Source: a virus (Duplodnaviria; Heunggongvirae; Uroviricota; Caudoviricetes). From it: 47,473 nt of DNA. Of this stretch, positions 26,493 to 35,978 are shown piece after piece. The stretch's first letter is position 1; the number at the start of each line of letters is the position of its first letter. The translations under genes were made by a program, and so were the position numbers. Under the pieces are notes generated by a model. That model was not told where the DNA came from, did not search any database, and worked only from the letters and a program-made list of their open reading frames with translations. The stretch is from IMG/VR virus record IMGVR_UViG_3300031134_000639; one strand, written 5' to 3'.

Positions 26493-26687
26493 CTACTTAC
26501 CGGGAGGAAGAAGCTCCTCGCCTTTACTAGCCTTCATCTTCGTTCGTCGGCGCTCACCACGCTTCTTCCTGCGCTGGTTGGCTGCTGCATACACACCCTT
26601 ACCCCAGCGCTTCTCCTCCTGGAACTTGTACCAGATGTGGGCAACATGCTCCTGGCCTGGATGCATTGCTCTAACTGTTCTACTCAT
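26493..26687 (-). CDS. Small very basic hypothetical protein (64 aa)
   Basis: ATG 2 nt after the proS stop; Arg/Lys-rich C-terminal half. Confidence 0.55.
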   Translation of the reverse strand: MSRTVRAMHPGQEHVAHIWYKFQEEKRWGKGVYAAANQRRKKRGERRRTKMKASKGEELLPPGK

Positions 26688-26689
26688 AG

Positions 26690-27940
26690 TTAAACTCCTA
26701 AAGCATCTAGAATGTGTCCAAAGGTTACTGTCTCTGTAACGCTAGTAGAGCGAGTCGTGAACTCAAACTCCTTTGTCTCATTCAAGCGTTCACTCATTGT
26801 AACACGATACGGGATACCAAGCAACTCTGCATCAGCAAACTTAGCACCCGGACGGGCGCTGCGGTCGTCAAAGATAACTTTGATGCCAAAACGCTTCAGA
26901 GTCTTGTACGCGTCCTCAAGCTTGCGTGTGAACTCTTCACTCTTGCCAATACCGATCAGGTAAACCTGTGCCGGTGCAATAGACTCCGGCCAAACAAGGC
27001 CTTTGTCGTCAGCAAACTTCTCAGCAATAACACCCATGAGCCTTGTGATACCAATGCCGTAAGAGCCGAGGTGAACAGCTTTACGCTGACCGTCACTGTC
27101 AAGGAAGTTCAGACCCATCTGCTCACTCTTGTGAGTCCCGAAGCTGAAGATGTTACCAACCTCAACTGACTTCAGTGCAACAAAGTCGTCAACTGTCAAA
27201 CCGAATTCAGCAGCCTTCTCAGCAGAGAACACTTCCTCGTTGATGGCAACCTGATTCTCACGGTTAACATAGATAGTGTCCTCACCAGTCTCACAGACAG
27301 TCTGGAACTCGTGGCTGTGCTCAGTGAAAGCACCACCGGAAGCGTGGGTAACATATGTGTCATCACCAAGGCCCAGACGCTTGTACACGCGCTTGTACGC
27401 TTCCATAGCCTCAGCATAGAAAGCATCATGCTGCTCAGCAGAAGCACTGAACGAGTACATGTCCTTCATCAGGAACTCACGGGTACGCATGATACCAGAC
27501 TTAGAGCGAAGTTCGTTTCGGAACTTGTTCTGGAACTGGTAGATGTTCACCGGCAGGTTACGGTAGGACTGAATAAAGCCTTTGACCATCTCAATGGCCG
27601 GTTCCTCATGGGACCAGCCGAAACCAACTTCAGTTCCGTCTTTCAGAGCAGACTTGAACCAAATGTCAACATTCTCATCAGACCATCGGTCTGTGGTCTG
27701 CCACACGTCCTTACGCTGTAAGCTAGCCATGGCTGTCTCGTCGGCGTCCAGTGAGTTCATTTCCTCACGCACGATAGTTTTGATGTTCTCCAGGACAGTC
27801 AGTCCAAGAGGAGTGTATGAGTACACTCCAGCCATGTTCTTGAAAACAAAACCGGCTCTGATAAGAAGCTGCGCATTCAGACTTTTCTCGTCAGATGGTG
27901 CCTCTCTGCTCGTTTTAATGAACGATTTAGTTACTCGCAT
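26690..27940 (-). CDS. proS: Prolyl-tRNA synthetase, short form without the INS editing insertion
   Basis: LLIRAGFV..GVYSYTPLGL, HEE, motif 2 FRNELRSKSGIMRTREFLMKDMYSF, motif 3 GSYGIGITRLMG, anticodon domain DDRSARPGAKFADAELLGIP; only 416 aa. Confidence 0.92.
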   Translation of the reverse strand: MRVTKSFIKTSREAPSDEKSLNAQLLIRAGFVFKNMAGVYSYTPLGLTVLENIKTIVREEMNSLDADETAMASLQRKDVWQTTDRWSDENVDIWFKSALKDGTEVGFGWSHEEPAIEMVKGFIQSYRNLPVNIYQFQNKFRNELRSKSGIMRTREFLMKDMYSFSASAEQHDAFYAEAMEAYKRVYKRLGLGDDTYVTHASGGAFTEHSHEFQTVCETGEDTIYVNRENQVAINEEVFSAEKAAEFGLTVDDFVALKSVEVGNIFSFGTHKSEQMGLNFLDSDGQRKAVHLGSYGIGITRLMGVIAEKFADDKGLVWPESIAPAQVYLIGIGKSEEFTRKLEDAYKTLKRFGIKVIFDDRSARPGAKFADAELLGIPYRVTMSERLNETKEFEFTTRSTSVTETVTFGHILDALGV

Positions 27941-28021
27941 GATGCACCTATCCTTTCAGTTAGTCAATATGATGCCTTGTAAGCATACCACATTTGACCT
28001 AAAGCCGCAATGAGTTTGGGC

Positions 28022-28273
28022 TTACCTACCTTTGCGACCGAGCAGCTTGTTGAAGCGCTCTGAGCCAAGAAGAGACTCAGCTTTGTTGAGAGCAGTTGCT
28101 TTCGCGTTCTGGGCTTTCTCAGAGTTGACAGCATTCGTGACTGTCTCCTTGACTTTAGCTGCCTCCTTAGAAGCAAGAAGCTCATTAGCTTTCTGCTCAG
28201 CCTGGCGCGCTAGCTCTTTTGCTTTGTCAGCAAAGTCGGGAGTGTCGTTGTTGTTTGAGTGCTTTGAAGCCAT
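28022..28273 (-). CDS. Small Ala/Lys/Glu-rich helical hypothetical protein
   Basis: SD AGGAG before ATG; low-complexity amphipathic sequence. Confidence 0.6.
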   Translation of the reverse strand: MASKHSNNNDTPDFADKAKELARQAEQKANELLASKEAAKVKETVTNAVNSEKAQNAKATALNKAESLLGSERFNKLLGRKGR

Positions 28274-28361
28274 GATTCTCCTAATAGTTTTTGTTACCTA
28301 ACCCTATCATATTCTGCGGAACTGTCCTGAAAGTATGCTGAATGGCTGAGCTTGATACAGT

Positions 28362-28392
28362 TGTCCCCTCTTAAGGAAAACCGATAGTAATA
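28362..28392 (+). promoter_or_regulatory. TGTCCC...CCGATAGTAATA putative promoter opening ART array 2
   Basis: TGTCCC 28362-28367, CCGATA 28381-28386. Confidence 0.7.
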
Positions 28393-28426
28393 ACTAGTAA
28401 CCGTACTTAAGCTTCAGGAGTTCTTT

Positions 28427-29281
28427 ATGTGCCGAACCGGTGGTCGCCGCTGTCCTTCATCCACAGACCCTGCACATATAGCAGAATACAACGCTAAGCG
28501 TAGACAAAAGTATGCAGCTAAGACAGGTGGCAAACCATCGTCAGCTTCCAGCCTACAGGCGCTATTTCAGCCTATTGACGAACCAAGGTTTAATGTTCTC
28601 TTTGACCAGGCTGCGATGGACCGTTTCAAGGAGGAGACAGAGCTTTTCCGTTCTGCGATAACAAAACCAGAGTACGAAGTTTTTGACACATACGATGACA
28701 ACTTTGACCCAACAAACTCTGAGCAGGAAGCTTTAATGAGCTACACAGAGAATGGTTACAGGAATGTGCGTGACTATCTTCTTGACCACGAAGGGCAGGT
28801 TGAACCTGGCAGCCATGCAGACAAAGTTATCAGCCTTCTTGACTCCGCTCTGAGACAGGCAACACCTCCAGAGGAATCTAGAATGCTGTACCGTGGCATG
28901 GCTGTACCCCGAGATGTGAAAAATGAGAACGTGACACAGTGGATTGCTGATAAGTTCCCTGTAGGCGGTGTCGTGTCACAGCACAACTACATGTCAACTA
29001 GCTTGTCTTCTTCCACCCCCATAGGTTTTCTTGGTCTACAGTCAGCAGAGGAAGAAAACCGCCGTGTAGTAATGGAGATTGTCTCCAAAAAAGGTGCTCC
29101 CCTGGGAGACAACGTTTCAGTTCATGGTGTAAGCGAAAGCGAAATCCTGATCCCCCGTGATGCCAGGTTCAAAGTAGCCGCAGTACACAGCAAAGTAGAC
29201 TATGTGTACGACGCAGGCCTTGGAGATGCATACGAACTTACTGTTATCCAGCTTGTTGATGCTGAGGAAGAAGAGAAATAA
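28427..29281 (+). CDS. ART14: mono-ADP-ribosyltransferase with short tag
   Basis: MCRTGGRRCPSS; LYRG, YMSTS, SESEILI. Confidence 0.9.
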   Translation: MCRTGGRRCPSSTDPAHIAEYNAKRRQKYAAKTGGKPSSASSLQALFQPIDEPRFNVLFDQAAMDRFKEETELFRSAITKPEYEVFDTYDDNFDPTNSEQEALMSYTENGYRNVRDYLLDHEGQVEPGSHADKVISLLDSALRQATPPEESRMLYRGMAVPRDVKNENVTQWIADKFPVGGVVSQHNYMSTSLSSSTPIGFLGLQSAEEENRRVVMEIVSKKGAPLGDNVSVHGVSESEILIPRDARFKVAAVHSKVDYVYDAGLGDAYELTVIQLVDAEEEEK

Positions 29282-30183
29282 TGTGCCGCAGTAAAGACCT
29301 TGGCGGGCGTCGTTGCCCTCAATACACTGATCCGGTAAAACACGCGGCATATAACGCGCGTCGTCGTGAGCTTTACGCTGCAAGGAAAGCGCCAGCAGAG
29401 GAAGTCACCTTCCTGGACTTCTCTGAAGAGCGCCCATTCTATGATGGTATTCTGTGGCCTCAGGTAGCAAAGTTTGCTGACGAAGCTGAAGCGTTCGCCA
29501 AGATTGTGAACCCAGACTTTGACAGGAAAAGTTGGCGTGACCATATGGGTAGCGAAGTTAGAACATTTGAGACTGAGAACATCAGCGAAGCCGAAGCGCT
29601 AATCTACTATACAGATATGGGCTATACGGACATACGTAACTACCTGGCTCAAGGTACTGTCATGAAGACAAACCGCCGCAAGTACACTGATGAAGAAAAA
29701 GTTTGGATGGACGGTGTCGTATCCAAGATTGACTCGGCTTTAGAGAAAGCACCTAAAGCTAAAGAGCAGAGAACTCTCTACCGTGGTATGCGTATACCCG
29801 CAAGTATTAGCAACATGGATGTTGATGGTTGGATGGACCATGCTTTCCCTGTCGGTGGGGTCATAAGTCAGCCAAGTTACATGTCAACAAGTTTGAACGC
29901 TCACTCAGCTGCTAGCATTTTTGGGGCAAAAATGTCCACAGACACTTCTAGAAGAGCTGTTCTCTTTGAGATTATTTCTAAGCAGGGAACACCTATTGGT
30001 AAAGGCCTGGCTTCCCCCGGTAACCATGAGATGGAAGTTCTTCTGCCACGTAACGCTAAGCTTAAGGTAGCTGAAGTTCATAAAACCGCTCAGTTTTCTT
30101 ATCGTAACCGTTGGAATGGGCTTGACACTGACTATAGAACAGTGATTCGTCTGGTTGATGTAACAGATGAGGATGAAAGCTGA
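29281..30183 (+). CDS. ART15: tagged mono-ADP-ribosyltransferase
   Basis: Tag; LYRG, YMSTS, HEMEVLL. Confidence 0.9.
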   Translation: MCRSKDLGGRRCPQYTDPVKHAAYNARRRELYAARKAPAEEVTFLDFSEERPFYDGILWPQVAKFADEAEAFAKIVNPDFDRKSWRDHMGSEVRTFETENISEAEALIYYTDMGYTDIRNYLAQGTVMKTNRRKYTDEEKVWMDGVVSKIDSALEKAPKAKEQRTLYRGMRIPASISNMDVDGWMDHAFPVGGVISQPSYMSTSLNAHSAASIFGAKMSTDTSRRAVLFEIISKQGTPIGKGLASPGNHEMEVLLPRNAKLKVAEVHKTAQFSYRNRWNGLDTDYRTVIRLVDVTDEDES

Positions 30184-31112
30184 TGTGTCGCACTAAAGAG
30201 CTTGGCGGGAGACGCTGTCCTCAACATACCGACCCTATAAAACATGCTGCATATAACGCTCGTCGTCGTGAGTTGTATGCAGCCAGGAAATTTCAGAGGA
30301 GTGCTTCCACCAACTTGTATGAGTTTCCACCTGTAGACGCTTTCCGAAGCTTCACTAAAGGAGATCAGAAACGTCATGAGAAGGAAAGCGAAAAGTTCGC
30401 AGCCACAATCGTTGAAGGGTATAATCTAGCGGAAGCAAAAGAGGGAAGATGGAATAGCATCAACTCCAAAAACGGCTGTGAGACTTCTAGAGCTTTTATA
30501 CAGTATACAAGTTCAAGTTACCGTGCTTTGCGTGACTTTAACAACCCTAGGCTAAAAGATGATAAGTATGCTGGCGTTTGGAACAACTCCAACAAAGATA
30601 ACTCTGAGAAGCTTCAGAAGATAACTGATTTGTTAGATGCTGCTCTAGCTAAAGCTGAGAAACCTGACGCACCCCGAAGGTTATGGAGAGGAATGCAAAT
30701 AAATCTGAATGTGCCGAAAGAAGAGATTGCAAGTTATCTAGAAGAACGTTTCCCTGTTGGCGGTGTTATCAGCCAAGGAAACTTTATGTCTACCAGCATG
30801 GATGCCCAGCAGGCAATCGCTTTTTCACAGGGTTGGGATAAAGATTATAACAACACAGTTGAGCATAGTATTTTGCTTGAGATTCTTTCACGTGAGGGCG
30901 CTCCTTTAGGTTATGCAACATCAGTTTTCAACGTTGAAGAAGCAGAGACACTTGTGCCAAGAAATGCTAGGTTTAAGGTTGTTTCTATTGACCACAACCA
31001 GGAGGTAGAATACGAAACTAGTTCGCTTTCAGGGCAAAAAGGTAAAAGCAAAGCCTCACGAACAGTGATTCGTCTAATTGACGCAGTAGATGAAGCTGAT
31101 GTGCAGAAGTAA
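30183..31112 (+). CDS. ART16: tagged mono-ADP-ribosyltransferase
   Basis: Tag; LWRG, FMSTS, EEAETLV. Confidence 0.9.
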   Translation: MCRTKELGGRRCPQHTDPIKHAAYNARRRELYAARKFQRSASTNLYEFPPVDAFRSFTKGDQKRHEKESEKFAATIVEGYNLAEAKEGRWNSINSKNGCETSRAFIQYTSSSYRALRDFNNPRLKDDKYAGVWNNSNKDNSEKLQKITDLLDAALAKAEKPDAPRRLWRGMQINLNVPKEEIASYLEERFPVGGVISQGNFMSTSMDAQQAIAFSQGWDKDYNNTVEHSILLEILSREGAPLGYATSVFNVEEAETLVPRNARFKVVSIDHNQEVEYETSSLSGQKGKSKASRTVIRLIDAVDEADVQK

Positions 31113-32043
31113 AGAACTGGGTGGGCGCAGGTGTCCAGCGCATACTGACCCGCAGAAAATTGCTGCATATAATACTGTCCGCCGTCAACGATATGCAGCT
31201 CAAAAACAAATAAACGGTGAAGATCGTCCAGACGAAACTTTTGTTCTAAAAGCTGATGAAGAGTATGGTTTCAGACCCTTCAAAGAAAATCGTGCTACGT
31301 TCCTTTTGGATAGCGTAGAAGGTCAACAGTGGCTTAAGGATGCAGATGTGTTCGCTGAAGCTGTTGATGCTACAGAAGAAGGTGCGAATCTGAAGCCCTG
31401 GCAGTATAGGGTTGACATGCAGACTTCTTTGAGAGCTTACACACAATATGAATACAGCAACATCAAAAGTTACCTGCATGGTCAGAACATGAACGGTAAC
31501 TTGGAGACGATTGAGCCGGTTCCTATGGAAGATGACCAGGTTAAATACACGGTAGAAAAAATGCATCTCATTGACGAAGCCTTAGAGCATGCTGCTGCGC
31601 CAGAATCTGAGAGAGCCTTATACAGAGGAATGCGCGTTCCGAACTGGGTCGACTCTGACCAAATCAAACCTTGGATTCATGAGAACTTCCCTGTTGGTGG
31701 GGTGGTTTCACAGAAAAGCTTTATGTCAACAAGCATGAATCCAACTTTAACAGTTGGTATGTTCAGCGTATCTAAGACGCCCAATGGTAGAGACTCAAAA
31801 GATTCTGACCGTAGTGTTGTCATTGAGATTATGTCTAAGCAGGGTGCTCCTCTGGGTGAACTGTTATCTGAACATGGGAACGACGAAACTGAAATTCTGA
31901 TGCCAAGAGATGCTAAGTTTAGGGTTGTCTCAGTTCATGAGGACGTTCGGTATCTGAGCATGAAACAAAGCCATTATGAGATGAGCGGTATCAAAAGGCC
32001 AAGGCACACTCGCACTGTGGTTCGCCTAATTGATGCAAGTTAA
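31099..32043 (+). CDS. ART17: tagged mono-ADP-ribosyltransferase
   Basis: Start moved to ATG 31099; LYRG, FMSTS, DETEILM. Confidence 0.9.
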   Translation: MCRSKELGGRRCPAHTDPQKIAAYNTVRRQRYAAQKQINGEDRPDETFVLKADEEYGFRPFKENRATFLLDSVEGQQWLKDADVFAEAVDATEEGANLKPWQYRVDMQTSLRAYTQYEYSNIKSYLHGQNMNGNLETIEPVPMEDDQVKYTVEKMHLIDEALEHAAAPESERALYRGMRVPNWVDSDQIKPWIHENFPVGGVVSQKSFMSTSMNPTLTVGMFSVSKTPNGRDSKDSDRSVVIEIMSKQGAPLGELLSEHGNDETEILMPRDAKFRVVSVHEDVRYLSMKQSHYEMSGIKRPRHTRTVVRLIDAS

Positions 32044-32049
32044 CATAGT

Positions 32050-32074
32050 TGTCCCCTTGAAGACAAAACCGATA
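32050..32074 (+). promoter_or_regulatory. TGTCCC...CCGATA putative promoter of the ART18-ART20 unit
   Basis: TGTCCC 32050-32055, CCGATA 32069-32074. Confidence 0.65.
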
Positions 32075-32111
32075 GATATGAGTAATACGTTGTTTGACAA
32101 GAAGGAACCTC

Positions 32112-33101
32112 ATGTGCAGAACTAAAGAGTTAGGTGGGCGTCGTTGCCCTCAACATACTGACCCTGTGAAGCATGCTGCATACAACGCTCGTCGTCGTGA
32201 GTTGTATACTGCTAAGAAAACTCAGAGTGAAGAGGCTAAGGCTGAGGCTGAGGAACAGCCTCTTCACTCTGGCGCATATAAGGTTTCTATAGACAAACTA
32301 GACCAGCCGCGATGGTTCCTAACTAAAGAACATCATGAAGCTGAAGTGAAAAACTCTGAAGAGTACCTAAAAATCCTGCGAGAACAACAGTTAATTCGTG
32401 AGCAGCATGACCCAGATGCTACTGGTCTAACAGCAGCCATCTATGATTGGACAGCCTTAGACTCTCCTCAGATTAGAAACTACCTGAACGGTTATGATGT
32501 TGGCATGTTTGGTATGCAGAAAAGGCAGCCGTTTACTTACGATGCAGAGTCAACTCGTTACTATCAGGACAAAGTTGATACGATGGACGAAGCCCTAAGT
32601 CTCGCCCCTGTACCAGCCGAACCTAGAACAGTCTGGCGTGGCATAAGACTCCCGACACTCCAATCATCAGAGCCACTAGCTGAGTGGGCTGAGAAACATT
32701 TCCCTGTCGGTGAAGTGATAAGCCAAAAGTCTTATATGTCAACAACTTTAGACCCGATGATGGCAAACACACGCTTTACAACAAGCGCAACTCAGGCTCC
32801 TGGAATAATCATGGAGATAAAGACCAAAAAAGGTGCTGTCCTTTTGAATAACGACCTGACTGAATGGTCAGATGAGTCAGAACTGTTACTCCCCCGCGAT
32901 GCTAAATTCAAAATTGTGAAAGTAACACATGACACTAAGTTCTATACTGTAAGTAAACACTCTAAGCACAGTACAGAGAACATGCCTAGCGCAGAAGAGC
33001 TTGAAAAGAACCCAGAGAACATGGACTATCTTCTTAAGAAGAGAATTATTCTTGTCCAACTTGTTGATGCTGACGCGGAAGTAGAGGAAACTGATGTGTA
33101 G
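32112..33101 (+). CDS. ART18: tagged mono-ADP-ribosyltransferase
   Basis: Start moved to ATG 32112; VWRG, YMSTT, DESELLL. Confidence 0.9.
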   Translation: MCRTKELGGRRCPQHTDPVKHAAYNARRRELYTAKKTQSEEAKAEAEEQPLHSGAYKVSIDKLDQPRWFLTKEHHEAEVKNSEEYLKILREQQLIREQHDPDATGLTAAIYDWTALDSPQIRNYLNGYDVGMFGMQKRQPFTYDAESTRYYQDKVDTMDEALSLAPVPAEPRTVWRGIRLPTLQSSEPLAEWAEKHFPVGEVISQKSYMSTTLDPMMANTRFTTSATQAPGIIMEIKTKKGAVLLNNDLTEWSDESELLLPRDAKFKIVKVTHDTKFYTVSKHSKHSTENMPSAEELEKNPENMDYLLKKRIILVQLVDADAEVEETDV

Positions 33102-34077
33102 AACTAAAGAGTTAGGCGGGCGTCGTTGCCCTCAACACACTAACCCTGTAAAACATGCTGCATATAACGCTCGCCGCCGCGAGCTTTATGCTGCTAAGAA
33201 AACTCAGACTAAAGAGGCTAAGGCTGAAGATCAGCCTCTTCACTCTGGCGCGTACAAGGTCTCTATAGACAAACTAGACCAGCCGCGATGGTTCCTAACT
33301 AAAGAACAGTATCATATTGAAAATAAAAACTCTGAAGAATACGAAAAGCTGTTGAATGAGCAACAACTAATCCGTAAGCAGGATAACCCACTTAGTCCTG
33401 ATTTAGTATCAGCTGTATACGACTGGACTGCTCTAAGCTCTCCTGAAATTAGAGACTACCTTAACGGCTACGATGTTGGCGTGTTCGGTATGCAAAAAAA
33501 GCAGCCAATTGTCTACGGTGAACAGCGTGCTCGTTATATGCAGGAGAAAGTAGACGCTCTTGATGCAGCGCTTAAAGTTGCTCCTGAGCCAGATGAGCCT
33601 AGAACAGTTTGGCGAGGTATAAGGCTTCCTGTACTTCAATCACAAAGGCCCTTGTCCGAGTGGGCTGATGAGCACTTCCCTGTTGGCGAAGTTATAAGTC
33701 AGAAGTCTTTTATGTCAACGACTTTAGACCCTGCGCTGGCGAATACACGTTTCACATCAAGTGATTCTGAGGCTCCTGGAATAATCATGGAGATAAAGAC
33801 CAAAAAAGGAGCAGTTATCATGACCTCTGCACTCAGTGAGTGGGCAGATGAGTCAGAGGTGCTGATTCCCCGTGACGCTAGATTCAAAGTTGCTAAAGTG
33901 ACACACAACACTAGGTTCTACACCCGAAACTTGGAGTGCGAATACAGCAGAGAGGACATGCCAAGCATGGAGGAACTTGAACAGGACTCAAAAAACACAA
34001 AATACTTGCTTAAGAAGAACATAATTCTTGTTCAACTTGTTGATGCTGACGCGGAAGTAGAGGAAACTGATGTGTAG
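33094..34077 (+). CDS. ART19: tagged mono-ADP-ribosyltransferase, recent duplicate of ART18
   Basis: VWRG, FMSTT, DESEVLI; colinear and highly similar to ART18 throughout. Confidence 0.9.
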   Translation: MCRTKELGGRRCPQHTNPVKHAAYNARRRELYAAKKTQTKEAKAEDQPLHSGAYKVSIDKLDQPRWFLTKEQYHIENKNSEEYEKLLNEQQLIRKQDNPLSPDLVSAVYDWTALSSPEIRDYLNGYDVGVFGMQKKQPIVYGEQRARYMQEKVDALDAALKVAPEPDEPRTVWRGIRLPVLQSQRPLSEWADEHFPVGEVISQKSFMSTTLDPALANTRFTSSDSEAPGIIMEIKTKKGAVIMTSALSEWADESEVLIPRDARFKVAKVTHNTRFYTRNLECEYSREDMPSMEELEQDSKNTKYLLKKNIILVQLVDADAEVEETDV

Positions 34078-35005
34078 AACCGGTGGAAGACGCTGTCCGT
34101 CTAGCAATGACCCTACGTTAGTTGCCGCTCGTAACGCGCGCCGCAGAGAAGCATATGCCTCCCGTAAAGTAGTGTCAGCGCCTGCGCAAGTGCCATTGAA
34201 GAGCGCAGAGGAATATGGGTTCCAGCCTGTCATAGAGAAGCGTCAGGAGAGTGACATAGCTGAGATGAACAAAGAAAGCAAAAGAGAGCTAGCCGAACTG
34301 TCAGCTGATGAATTAGGTGCAGTCAAGATCTTTACTGGTCCAGCGCATAAATGGATAAATAATGCTTTGTTCGGCAGGAACAACAGTATACATGATGGTG
34401 ACCAGCTTCCTGAAGGACACTCAGGAAGAAATGAAGTTACTTTTGACACGCTAGACAACGTAGGCAACCCTTCTCTCCAGAATCTATTTAAAGTTGTAGA
34501 TAAGCTTGACAGCGCATTAGCTTCCCATAGTTCTAAAGAGCGTATCGTATACCGAGGTAAGAGTTCCAGAAGTTACCGCATACAGAAAGAAGGTGTTTCT
34601 GCATATGTTGATAAAAACTACAGTCTAGGTCAGGAAGTTGTATTTGATGGGTACCAGTCGACATCTTCGTCACCCATGTCAGCTTTGGATTTTGCAGACT
34701 ACAGTGATGGGATAATATTTGAGATGAAAACTGTTTCCGGTTTGAATATCATCTCAAATTCTGATATGCAAGAAGAACAGGAAATTCTTCTTCCCCGTCA
34801 GACACGATGGAAAGTTGTGGGTGTAGAGAAAAACATTCGCTACCGTGCACAGTTTGACTCAGATAATATGACTGTTGTTCAGATGGTTGAAATTGATGAA
34901 ACTGGTAAGGAACTTAAAGAAAGGCAGCTGCCTCAACCTTTGACCCATTCTCAGATACAGAAAACAATTTCAACTGAGGTGGTAGACCCGTGGGTGTCCC
35001 ACTAG
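34070..35005 (+). CDS. ART20: short-tag ADP-ribosyltransferase with a divergent catalytic domain
   Basis: MCRTGGRRCPSS; INNAL helix, VYRG, YQSTS, EEQEILL; lacks the F-P-[VTI]-[GD]-x-[VI]-[VI]-[SA]-[QH] segment and the GA[PSV]-type motif of the others. Confidence 0.88.
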   Translation: MCRTGGRRCPSSNDPTLVAARNARRREAYASRKVVSAPAQVPLKSAEEYGFQPVIEKRQESDIAEMNKESKRELAELSADELGAVKIFTGPAHKWINNALFGRNNSIHDGDQLPEGHSGRNEVTFDTLDNVGNPSLQNLFKVVDKLDSALASHSSKERIVYRGKSSRSYRIQKEGVSAYVDKNYSLGQEVVFDGYQSTSSSPMSALDFADYSDGIIFEMKTVSGLNIISNSDMQEEQEILLPRQTRWKVVGVEKNIRYRAQFDSDNMTVVQMVEIDETGKELKERQLPQPLTHSQIQKTISTEVVDPWVSH

Positions 35006-35022
35006 TCAAACCCGATAGTAAT
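34995..35022 (+). promoter_or_regulatory. TGTCCC...CCGATAGTAAT putative promoter of the ART21-ART24 unit
   Basis: TGTCCC 34995-35000 (inside the ART20 3' end), CCGATA 35012-35017. Confidence 0.65.
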
Positions 35023-35051
35023 GAACAGTAACTTTCATCTGGAGATTAAGT

Positions 35052-35978
35052 ATGTGTAGGACCAAAGAACTAGGCGGTAGACGCTGCCCACAGCACACCG
35101 ACCCCGTTAAACATGCTGCATATAACGCTCGCAGGCGTGAATTGTATGCTCTAAACAAAGCACAGAAAACGGAATCACCCGAGTCCAAGTTCATTCCAGT
35201 CAACCAAGTCCGCACGTATTATCAGGCCTACCAGGATGACAAAGTTTCTCCTCTAGATGAGACAACCCAAAAATTTGTTGATGAAGCTAAAGCTTTCACG
35301 CTTTCTATCAACCCGGACTTCAAAGAAAGTCACTGGATGGACCAGGACTACTACGACTTTGATGAAGCAGACGGAGAAATGAGTCCTGCAAGGTCGCTGA
35401 TCTACTATACAGAGACTGGATACAATCATATGAGGAATATCCTCAACGCTGGTACACCAGCTGACCTGTCTGGTAGGATGCAACGCGAGAAAGCATGGGA
35501 AGACTGGAACAAAACTACCATCGGCGTTATTGACAAAACTATTGCCCGTGCATCAGAACCAGAAGAACCACGCTTGCTGTTCCGTGGAATGCGTGTCCCA
35601 CTTTCTATTCACGCAACCTCAGTAGACAATTGGCTTGACGAAAACTTCCCTGTCGGTGGCATTGTCAGTCAGAAGTCTTACATGTCAACCACCATGAACG
35701 CTGCCACTGCATTGCGAAATTTCGGTAAAGACTACCATGATGAAAACCGTGCTATCATCATGGAAATTGTTTCCAAGAAAGGTGCTCCGCTTGGCCCTGG
35801 CACCTCAGCTTACGGTTTCCAGGAGATGGAAGTACTAATGGCAAGGGAATCCAAATTCAAGATTGTCAACGTAATCAAGGATGTTCAGTACGGTGCTGTT
35901 GACGGTGATAACGTAAAAGTAGAAGGAAAAGTTACTATCATACGCTTAGTTGACATGGCAGATGAGGACAACAGCTGA
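35052..35978 (+). CDS. ART21: tagged mono-ADP-ribosyltransferase
   Basis: Tag; LFRG, YMSTT, QEMEVLM. Confidence 0.9.
   Translation: MCRTKELGGRRCPQHTDPVKHAAYNARRRELYALNKAQKTESPESKFIPVNQVRTYYQAYQDDKVSPLDETTQKFVDEAKAFTLSINPDFKESHWMDQDYYDFDEADGEMSPARSLIYYTETGYNHMRNILNAGTPADLSGRMQREKAWEDWNKTTIGVIDKTIARASEPEEPRLLFRGMRVPLSIHATSVDNWLDENFPVGGIVSQKSYMSTTMNAATALRNFGKDYHDENRAIIMEIVSKKGAPLGPGTSAYGFQEMEVLMARESKFKIVNVIKDVQYGAVDGDNVKVEGKVTIIRLVDMADEDNS

Noticed and set aside
28022-28273. Assignment as an MT0933-like antitoxin or LEA-like stress protein
   Set aside because: Only compositional similarity (A/K/E-rich helix); no diagnostic motif I can support
32112-34077. Diversity-generating retroelement (template/variable repeat pair) behind ART diversification
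   Set aside because: Differences between ART18 and ART19 include many C/T synonymous changes rather than adenine-specific ones, and no reverse transcriptase is in the window
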